Program-made: the position numbers and the translations under genes | The notes under the pieces: model-generated | What the model was told of the DNA's origin: nothing | Seen by the model: the letters and a program-made list of their open reading frames with translations, nothing else | Databases searched by the model: none | Source: an uncultured Syntrophaceae bacterium | GTDB taxonomy: Bacteria > Desulfobacterota > Syntrophia > Syntrophales > UBA6807 | Length of the DNA stretch: 64,000 nt | Direction: 5' to 3' | Assembly (NCBI GenBank): GCA_964523565.1 | Contig: CAZGAK010000001.1 | Location: 3,867-67,866, forward strand | Shown: positions 1 to 7,148 of the stretch, piece by piece | Layout of the letters: each line of letters opens with the position of its first letter | How positions within the stretch are numbered: the stretch's first letter is position 1

Positions 1-2
1 CC

Positions 3-494
3 TCAGGCGGATTGGTGGGAGATATTTCCATGCCTGCCATATTAAAGGGCTGGCTGGTTCCTGTTCACACCATGCTGTCCCTTACGGGGGAAGCGCTTTT
101 TGCCCTGGCCTGCCTGTCCGGTATTATGTATTTGATTCAGGATAATTTTTTAAAAAAGAAGAAATCATACAGTTTCAGCCGCCTTCTTCCTCCCCTGCGA
201 GATCTCGACAGGATAAATCATATCTGTGTCCTGTGGGGTTTTCCGCTTCTTACATTAGGGGTTATTGCAGGTTCAATCTGGGCACGAACTGTATGGGGAA
301 GTCACTGGCAGTGGGATCCAAAACAGGTATGGACCATGATCTCCTGGTTGTTATATGCTTTTTTATTGCATCAAAGACTTGCAATAGGGTGGAAGGGGAG
401 AAAGGCGGCGGTTCTTTCCATTCTTGCTTTCGGTATTCTCCTCTTTGCCGTCGTTGGTGTTAGCATTTTTTCCGTAACGATGCACAGTTTTTGA
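3..494 (+). CDS. Cytochrome c assembly family membrane protein (CcsA/HemX-like), C-terminal part. The reading frame is open to the window start.
   Basis: Multi-pass hydrophobic protein with a tryptophan-rich heme-handling motif, WGSHWQWDPKQVW. It sits directly upstream of hemA, as HemX-type genes do. No stop lies between position 3 and the annotated Met. Confidence 0.6.
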   Translation, partial: SGGLVGDISMPAILKGWLVPVHTMLSLTGEALFALACLSGIMYLIQDNFLKKKKSYSFSRLLPPLRDLDRINHICVLWGFPLLTLGVIAGSIWARTVWGSHWQWDPKQVWTMISWLLYAFLLHQRLAIGWKGRKAAVLSILAFGILLFAVVGVSIFSVTMHSF

Positions 495-504
495 CATGAC
501 ATAC

Positions 505-709
505 AGATTCTTTATCCGTAACATGTACGGTTTTTGCGCAGATGTTGGCGACAGCTTATGCGAACAAGACAAAGAATTTTGGTTGCAGCTTTGCTGCTCT
601 GGAAACGTAGGGCAGGGCTTTAGCCCTGCATAAAGCCCAATGCAAGGCTAAAGCCTTGCCCTACATGCAAGAGGTCAACACCTCTTTGGCTGTAGCTTTA
701 CCGCCTTAG
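505..709 (+). repeat. Modular intergenic repeat family 1, alpha core (degenerate left arm, alpha core, right arm)
   Basis: AGATTCTTTAT...TTTTTGCGCAGATGTTGG, then the alpha core including a 58 nt palindrome (607-664), then ...GCTTTACCGCCTTAG. It ends 6 nt before the hemA ATG. Confidence 0.85.
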
Positions 710-715
710 AAAAAT

Positions 716-1990
716 ATGAGTATAATTCTAATAGGAATGAATCATAAAACAGCGCCCTTGCATATAAGGGAGAGACTGTCTATATCCTGCGAGGAAGATA
801 ATAACAGGAACTTGAATGAGATAAAAAAGATTTCTCAGGTGCATGAGGTGATGTATCTCGCAACCTGTAACCGTGTGGAAGTATTGGCGAACATGGAAGA
901 TGTTGAGGGAAGTGCGGAAAAATTAAAAACCATTATCCTTTCACATGGTAATCTGTCTCATGAAGAGATGAAAGAATGCCTCTATGTTTATCGCGACGAT
1001 GATGCAGTGCGTCATCTTTTCAGAGTGGCCTCAAGTCTTGATTCCATGGTTATGGGAGAGCCCCAGATTCTCGGTCAGGTGAAGGCTGCATATAGTCACA
1101 GCGTTGAGCAAAAAGCATCAGGAATTATACTGAACAAATTACTTCACCATGCTTTTCGTGTAGCAAAGAGGGTGAGAACGGAAACGGGAATTGCCAATAA
1201 TGCCGTATCTGTGAGCTTTGCCGCCGTAGAGCTGGCTAAAAAGATATTCGGGTATCTTCATGGGAAAACTGTTCTTCTTGTCGGTGCCGGTGAGATGTCG
1301 GAGCTTGCGGCAAAGCATTTAATGAACAATGGTGTAAGCAAGATTATTTTTGCCAACAGGACGTATGAAAATGCGGTAAGGTTAGCTAATGATTTTCATG
1401 GCGTGGCCGTTAGTTTTGATCTTCTCGTAGAAAAACTCAAGGAAGTCGATATCATCATCAGTTCTACAGGCGCTTCCGGCTATGTTATCACCGAGGAAAT
1501 GATCACAGAAGCCTTGCGAAGACGTAAAAACAGACTCATGTTTATAATAGATATAGCCGTACCAAGAGATGTGGCCCCGACCGTAGAGGAAATCGACAAT
1601 GTCTATTTGTATAACATCGACAATCTTCAGGAAATCGTGGATGAAAATTTGAGGAGCCGTATGGGAGAGGCGGAAAAGGCGGAGACAATAATTGCTGAAG
1701 AGATCGTTAACTTTACAAGTTGGCTCAATACGCTGAAAGTTGTTCCTGCCATTGTCTCTCTCAGAAAAAAGGCCGAGAACATTATAGAAGGAGAACTCGA
1801 AAAATCCCTGTCATGGATGAGAAGTTTAAATGAAGAGGAAAATGAAAAAATCAAAATACTTGCCTCTTCCATCGTCAATAAATTACTTCATGATCCGATT
1901 ACAAGTCTTAAAGATGAAAGTCAAAACAGCGGAGCCGATCCTTATGTAGCTGCCATCATGAAGTTGTTCAGGCTGGAAGGGGAGAAATGA
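716..1990 (+). CDS. hemA: Glutamyl-tRNA reductase
   Basis: 424 aa. N-terminus is GMNHKTAPLHIRERL with the active-site region LATCNRVE. NADPH-binding GAGEMSELAAKHL is present, and the gene sits in a heme-gene context. Confidence 0.95.
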   Translation: MSIILIGMNHKTAPLHIRERLSISCEEDNNRNLNEIKKISQVHEVMYLATCNRVEVLANMEDVEGSAEKLKTIILSHGNLSHEEMKECLYVYRDDDAVRHLFRVASSLDSMVMGEPQILGQVKAAYSHSVEQKASGIILNKLLHHAFRVAKRVRTETGIANNAVSVSFAAVELAKKIFGYLHGKTVLLVGAGEMSELAAKHLMNNGVSKIIFANRTYENAVRLANDFHGVAVSFDLLVEKLKEVDIIISSTGASGYVITEEMITEALRRRKNRLMFIIDIAVPRDVAPTVEEIDNVYLYNIDNLQEIVDENLRSRMGEAEKAETIIAEEIVNFTSWLNTLKVVPAIVSLRKKAENIIEGELEKSLSWMRSLNEEENEKIKILASSIVNKLLHDPITSLKDESQNSGADPYVAAIMKLFRLEGEK

Positions 1991-2958
1991 TTTCCGGTTT
2001 ATCCGGGTCAGGAGGAGAAAATATTAAGGATATATTAAAAATAGGAACGCGAGGAAGTCGTCTTGCACTGATACAGGCGAATCTTGTGGCAGATCAATTG
2101 AAAAATAAATACCCTGACTTGCATATCGAAATCACTGCCATCAAAACGAAGGGAGATAAGTTGCAGGATGTTGCCTTGGTCAAGATCGGAGGGAAGGGTG
2201 TTTTTGTCAAGGAGATAGAAGAAGCCCTTTTGCGGGGAGATATCGATATTGCCGTTCATAGCATGAAGGATGTGCCGGTAGAACTGCCTGATGAGCTGGA
2301 AATAGGAGCTATTCCTGCAAGAGAGGACCCCCGCGATGTTCTCGTATCGAAGAATAACAGCAAGATAGAAGAACTTCCGAAAGGGGCAAAGATAGGGACT
2401 GGTTCCCTGAGAAGAACAATTCAGCTCCAGAGTCTCTTGCCGGATATTGAGATTGTGCCGATCCGGGGGAACCTCGATACGCGAATCAGAAAAATCGTAA
2501 CAGAAGATCTTGATGGTATAATAGTGGCCGCAGCCGGAATGAGACGTATGGGTTTGAAAAAGGAGATTTCTCAATATATTCCCATAGAGTGGATGATACC
2601 TTCAGCAGGGCAGGGGGTGCTCGGAATTGAACTTAGAAAGAATGATGAAGAAATCAAAAACCTTGTTTCCTTTCTCAATCATACGGATACGGTGATCGAA
2701 CTTTCTGCCGAGAGAACCTTCCTGAAACACCTGGGTGGAGGATGCCAGGTGCCGATAGGCGCTATTTGCAAAAAACAGGGTGACAGATTAATTCTCAGAG
2801 GTCTTCTGGGAAGTATTGATGGCGGTATAATTATTTCGGATGAAGTAAGGGGGTCCTGTAAAGATTCGGAAGAGATGGGCAGAACAATGGCAGAGAATAT
2901 CCTGTCAAGAGGCGGCCGGGAGCTGCTGGAGGAAATATATAGAGACTGTGAAACTTGA
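1987..2958 (+). CDS. hemC: Hydroxymethylbilane synthase (porphobilinogen deaminase)
   Basis: Contains IGTRGSRLALIQA, AVHSMKDVP, GTGSLRR and the cofactor cysteine context GGCQVPIG. A 4-nt overlap with hemA suggests translational coupling. Confidence 0.95.
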   Translation: MISGLSGSGGENIKDILKIGTRGSRLALIQANLVADQLKNKYPDLHIEITAIKTKGDKLQDVALVKIGGKGVFVKEIEEALLRGDIDIAVHSMKDVPVELPDELEIGAIPAREDPRDVLVSKNNSKIEELPKGAKIGTGSLRRTIQLQSLLPDIEIVPIRGNLDTRIRKIVTEDLDGIIVAAAGMRRMGLKKEISQYIPIEWMIPSAGQGVLGIELRKNDEEIKNLVSFLNHTDTVIELSAERTFLKHLGGGCQVPIGAICKKQGDRLILRGLLGSIDGGIIISDEVRGSCKDSEEMGRTMAENILSRGGRELLEEIYRDCET

Positions 2959-3127
2959 AAGTGGTAAGTGAAAAGTATCTGAATGTCAAATTCCAAAGCT
3001 CAAATGCCAAATTAAATCTAAATTTAAAAAACCAAGAGTTATTTTTGTAATTTGGACTTAGGATTTTGGAATTATATTTAAGACAAGACAGGCTTAAATG
3101 TAACTTCTCGAAAAGTAGGGATAATAT

Positions 3128-3212
3128 CTCAAAAAACAGGAGCACTATAAAAGGCTCACGCCTAAATTCCTTATTTGGAGTTTACCCATAAGGGTTTTAC
3201 CCTGATTTATTG
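3128..3212 (+). repeat. Repeat family 2 (85 bp)
   Basis: CTCAAAAAACAGGAGCACTATAAAAGGCTCACGCCTAAATTCCTTATTTGGAGTTTACCCATAAGGGTTTTACCCTGATTTATTG. A second copy lies at 37694-37810. Confidence 0.8.
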
Positions 3213-3250
3213 AGAAGATACGCTTAAACTAATTAAGGTATCTATATTAA

Positions 3251-4771
3251 ATGAAGAAACAGGGCAAAGTATATATCATCGGTGCGGGGCCGGGTGACCC
3301 GGACCTTATAACAATTCGGGGAGTGGAATGCCTCAAAAGATCCGATGTAATTGTCTATGATTATCTTGTTTCCAGGGATATTCTGAAATATACGAGGAAA
3401 GATGCCCGCTTGATCTATGTCGGGAAAAAGGGTGGCGACCATACGGTGCCTCAGGAAAATCTGAATCAGATTCTTGTGAAAGAGGCATCGGAGGGAAATG
3501 TCGTTGCCAGGCTGAAGGGTGGTGATCCCTTTATCTTTGGAAGAGGGGGGGAGGAGGCCGAGGTCCTTTCCAAGGCGGAAATACCATTTGAGATAATCCC
3601 CGGCGTTACTTCGGCCATAGCTGTTCCTGCCTATGCCGGCATTCCTCTGACCCATCGAAAATATGCGTCTTCCGTTACCTTTGTGACAGGGCATGAAGAT
3701 CCGACGAAGGGCAAGAGCAGTATTGATTGGGAGAACATATCTGCCGTTGGGACCATTGTATTCCTGATGGGGGTAAAGAACCTGACCCATATTGTGACAA
3801 GTCTGATAGAAAATGGGAGGGATCCCGGTACACCCGTTGCCTTGATCAGATGGGGGACAACTTCCTATCAGGAGACGTTGACCGGAACGCTGAGTAGTAT
3901 AGCGGAATTGGCAAAGGAAAAGAACTTTTTGCCACCCGCCATATTTGTCGTGGGAGATGTAGTTAAATTTAGAGATGATCTCAGCTGGTTTGAAAAAAAG
4001 CCCCTTTTTGGAAAGGGAATCATGATTACAAGGCCGGAGGAGCAGTCGGAAGAATTTTCGTCTCTTTTACGTGAAGAGGGAGCGAGGGTTATCCCGTTTC
4101 CCACCATCAAAATCGTTCCTCCTGATCGTTTCGATGATCTGGATCGGGCGATCAAAAACATTGAAAGATATGAATGGATTATATTTACCAGTGCAAATGG
4201 AGCGAAGTTCTTTTTTAATCGCTTTTGGGAATTGGGCAGTGACATACGAGACCTCAAGGGTATTAAAATATGTACAATCGGTCCCGCAACCGCCTCTGCC
4301 ATAGAGATGCTGGGTGTCAAAGTCGATCTTGTCCCTGACGAATATATCTCCGAGGGTGTTGTGGATGCATTTAAGGGGAAAGTAATGCAGGGGAAGAAAG
4401 TGCTTCTGCCCAGGGCTGAAATCGCCAGAGATGTTATCCCCCAGGGTCTTTCGAAAGTGGGTGCACATGTCGATGTTGTAACGTCTTATCGAACTGTCAA
4501 TTCGGGAAAGAATAAGGCAGAGCTTGATGAAATGATGGATCAGAACAAAGTCGATGTGATTACCTTTACAAGTCCGTCAACGGTGACTAATTTTATAGAT
4601 ATAATCGGGAAGGATACAAGACTTCCGGAACATGTAAAGATTGCATGTATAGGGCCGGTGACATTGGATGCAGCAAGAAAGGCAGGCCTGAAAGTTGATA
4701 TCATGCAGGGGCCCTATGTCATTTCCGGCCTGGTAGATGCCATTATAAAGGCATTTGAGAGTGAAGAGTGA
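3251..4771 (+). CDS. cobA-hemD: Bifunctional uroporphyrinogen-III C-methyltransferase / uroporphyrinogen-III synthase
   Basis: The N-terminal roughly 250 aa has the SUMT signature VYIIGAGPGDPDLITIRG...VVARLKGGDPFIFGRGGEE. The C-terminal roughly 250 aa is HemD-like (IFTSANGAKFF, ITFTSPSTV). Total length 506 aa. Confidence 0.9.
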   Translation: MKKQGKVYIIGAGPGDPDLITIRGVECLKRSDVIVYDYLVSRDILKYTRKDARLIYVGKKGGDHTVPQENLNQILVKEASEGNVVARLKGGDPFIFGRGGEEAEVLSKAEIPFEIIPGVTSAIAVPAYAGIPLTHRKYASSVTFVTGHEDPTKGKSSIDWENISAVGTIVFLMGVKNLTHIVTSLIENGRDPGTPVALIRWGTTSYQETLTGTLSSIAELAKEKNFLPPAIFVVGDVVKFRDDLSWFEKKPLFGKGIMITRPEEQSEEFSSLLREEGARVIPFPTIKIVPPDRFDDLDRAIKNIERYEWIIFTSANGAKFFFNRFWELGSDIRDLKGIKICTIGPATASAIEMLGVKVDLVPDEYISEGVVDAFKGKVMQGKKVLLPRAEIARDVIPQGLSKVGAHVDVVTSYRTVNSGKNKAELDEMMDQNKVDVITFTSPSTVTNFIDIIGKDTRLPEHVKIACIGPVTLDAARKAGLKVDIMQGPYVISGLVDAIIKAFESEE

Positions 4772-4858
4772 AGAGATAAATTTTGAATTTTGAATTAGAA
4801 GAATCGGAATTCGTATTCTTTCCGGGATCTCTGTGGTTAGTAATAAAAAGGGTGAAAA

Positions 4859-6037
4859 ATGATCGGAATTTCTAAATTATACTGTGGTGGCGTTGAACCT
4901 TCGGATGTCCTCCGTTACGGAGCGGAATCGGGGAAACTCCCCTCCCATCTCCTCCAGTTTTCAAAGGATAAACGTCCCGTCGTGGTATGGAACGCGACAA
5001 GGAGATGCAACTTACAATGCATACACTGCTATTCCAGTTCCCAGAATGTTAAATATGGTGATGAGTTAAATACGGATGAAGGTAAAAGATTGATATCCGA
5101 TCTTGCCTCGTTTGGCAGCCCTGTCATCCTGTTTTCCGGGGGAGAACCCCTGTTGAGAAGAGACCTGCCCGAACTTGTGCAATTTGCCGTAGATAAGGAA
5201 ATGCGGGCAGTCATATCGACAAACGGTACACTCATTACGAAGGAAAAGGCCGCAATTTTTAGTAAAATCGGTCTTTCCTACGTTGGTGTGAGTATTGATG
5301 GCATGAAAGAAACGCATGATCTGTTCAGGGGGGTCAATGGGGCATATGATGCTACTCTTCGAGGGATCAGGAACTGCCAGGATGCGGGGATCAAAGTAGG
5401 GGTGCGTTTTACCATAACGGGAAAAAATTATTCTGAAATCCCTGCAATTTTTGACTTCATTGAAAAAGAAAACATACCCCGGGCATGCTTCTATCATCTT
5501 GTTTATTCGGGCCGCGGTTCCGCCCTGATCGAAGAGGATTTATCCCACACTGAAACGCGGAAAGTTGTCGATGCAATAATGGACAGAACACGTGATCTCT
5601 TTGAAAGGGGTATATCCAAAGAAATACTTACTGTGGACAACCATGCCGATGGTCCCTATATTTATCTGCGCCTGCTTAAGGAAGATCCGAAGAGGGCGGA
5701 AGAGGTTTTGGAACTTCTCAAAATGAATGAGGGAAACAATTCAGGGAGAGGAATCGGTTGTGTAAGCTGGGATGGTGAGGTGTATGCAGACCAGTTCTGG
5801 AGAAACATCTCTTTTGGAAATGTCAGGAAACGCCCCTTCAGTAAAATCTGGCTGGACACCTCCAATGAATTGATGGCACAGTTAAAGGATAAAAAGTCTC
5901 ATGTGAAGGGAAGATGTGCCACATGCCGCTGGCTCGACGTATGCGGAGGAAATTTCCGGACAAGAGCCGAGGCCGTTGCCGGTGATATCTGGGCTCCTGA
6001 TCCCGCATGTTATCTGATGGATGGAGAAATAGGCTAA
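4859..6037 (+). CDS. ahbC: Radical SAM/SPASM enzyme of the NirJ family, probably AhbC (Fe-coproporphyrin III synthase, NirJ2 type)
   Basis: CNLQCIHCY radical SAM cluster motif and a C-terminal Cys-rich auxiliary-cluster region, CATCRWLDVCGGNFRTRA. The N-terminus ISKLYCGGVEPSDVLRYG is typical of the NirJ2 type, and the gene lies in the heme cluster. Assigning this gene rather than its paralog as AhbC relies on memory of family N-termini. Confidence 0.65.
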   Translation: MIGISKLYCGGVEPSDVLRYGAESGKLPSHLLQFSKDKRPVVVWNATRRCNLQCIHCYSSSQNVKYGDELNTDEGKRLISDLASFGSPVILFSGGEPLLRRDLPELVQFAVDKEMRAVISTNGTLITKEKAAIFSKIGLSYVGVSIDGMKETHDLFRGVNGAYDATLRGIRNCQDAGIKVGVRFTITGKNYSEIPAIFDFIEKENIPRACFYHLVYSGRGSALIEEDLSHTETRKVVDAIMDRTRDLFERGISKEILTVDNHADGPYIYLRLLKEDPKRAEEVLELLKMNEGNNSGRGIGCVSWDGEVYADQFWRNISFGNVRKRPFSKIWLDTSNELMAQLKDKKSHVKGRCATCRWLDVCGGNFRTRAEAVAGDIWAPDPACYLMDGEIG

Positions 6038-6088
6038 AGGTGAAAGGCTAAAGGCAAAAGGAAAAAAAGAGGAGGGGGAAAGTAAACC

Positions 6089-7063
6089 ATGCAATATCCT
6101 GATTATAGACCGAGGAGATTAAGAAAAAACGAAAATTTCAGGAGGATGATCCGGGAGACCAAATTGTCCGTTGATGATCTTGTTTATCCTCTTTTCGTGA
6201 CGTTTGGAAAAGATGTCAAAAAACCGATTACTTCCATGCCGGGTAATTTTCAGATGTCGATTGATTATCTGGTAAAGGAGGTACAAAAGACAAAGGATAT
6301 GGGCATACCTGCTGTTCTCCTTTTCGGTATTCCCGAGAAAAAGGATGAAACGGCTTCAGGGGCCTTTACAGAGGATGGAATTATCCAGCGTGCCGTAAGA
6401 GAAATCAAAGATAAGGTTCCCGATATCCTGGTGATCACCGATTTGTGCCTTTGTGAATATACAAGCCACGGTCATTGCGGGATGCTTGAAGGTGATGAAG
6501 TGGATAATAATTCCACCCTTGAGGTCCTCGCGGAAACAGCAGTGTCTCAGGCAAAGGCCGGTGTCGATATAGTTGCTCCTTCAGGGATGATGGACGGTCA
6601 GGTCGTTGCGATTCGGGAGGCCCTTGATGATGCAGGTTATGAAACACTCCCTATCATGGCGTATTCGGCCAAGTATGCCTCATGTTTTTATGGTCCTTTC
6701 CGGGAAGCTGCCGAGAGTGCCCCCCAGTTTGGTGACAGAAAGGCTTATCAAATGGATCCTCCCAACAGCGATGAAGCCATCAGGGAAATAACACTCGATG
6801 TCGAGGAGGGAGCCGATATTATTATGGTTAAACCCGCACTTCCGTATCTTGACATTATACGCAGGGCAAAAGAGGAATTTGATTTACCTCTGGCGGCCTA
6901 CAACGTAAGTGGAGAGTTTTCCATGATCAAGGCGGCGGCAAACCTTGGATGGATTGATGGAGAAATGGCCATGATGGAAACCCTGATTTCGATCAAGAGG
7001 GCGGGAGCCGATATTATTATTACCTATTTCGCGCAGGATGCGGCGGACATTCTTGCAAAATAG
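6089..7063 (+). CDS. hemB: Porphobilinogen synthase (delta-aminolevulinate dehydratase)
   Basis: RPRRLR N-terminus, cysteine-rich metal site [14 protein letters not shown], and active-site lysine contexts [11 protein letters not shown] and AYNVSGEF. Confidence 0.95.
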   Translation: MQYPDYRPRRLRKNENFRRMIRETKLSVDDLVYPLFVTFGKDVKKPITSMPGNFQMSIDYLVKEVQKTKDMGIPAVLLFGIPEKKDETASGAFTEDGIIQRAVREIKDKVPDILVITDLCLCEYTSHGHCGMLEGDEVDNNSTLEVLAETAVSQAKAGVDIVAPSGMMDGQVVAIREALDDAGYETLPIMAYSAKYASCFYGPFREAAESAPQFGDRKAYQMDPPNSDEAIREITLDVEEGADIIMVKPALPYLDIIRRAKEEFDLPLAAYNVSGEFSMIKAAANLGWIDGEMAMMETLISIKRAGADIIITYFAQDAADILAK

Positions 7064-7148
7064 GTTTCGTCCCCTTACCTATCGCGATATGAAGGAATTG
7101 ACAATTTGTTACTCTAAAATAAACAAATTGCTATTCAGGAGGGGCGAG

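Noticed and set aside
545-562. A sigma54-type -24/-12 promoter (TGGCGACAGCTTATGC) at the left-arm/alpha-core junction.
   Set aside because: The GG to GC spacing is one nucleotide longer than the TGGCAC-N5-TTGC consensus, and the motif is absent from the beta, gamma and delta elements.
2035-2574. Long antisense or off-frame ORFs inside well-supported genes. Examples: 2035-2574(-), 3242-3790(-), 3868-4320(-), 5066-5497(-), 7677-8072(-), 16193-16666(+), 21285-21770(-), 34268-34660(-), 38148-38552(-), 52047-52565(-), 52844-53287(-) and 60886-61281(-).
   Set aside because: Each lies wholly within a gene whose translation carries strong family motifs. Their own translations are low-complexity or Ser/Pro/Arg-rich, as is typical of shadow ORFs.
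7038-7148. The track start of the HEAT-repeat ORF at 7038, overlapping hemB by 26 nt.
   Set aside because: ATG 7149 has a strong AGGAGG 7 nt upstream, and the extra 37 residues look like read-through of spacer. The longer form cannot be excluded.
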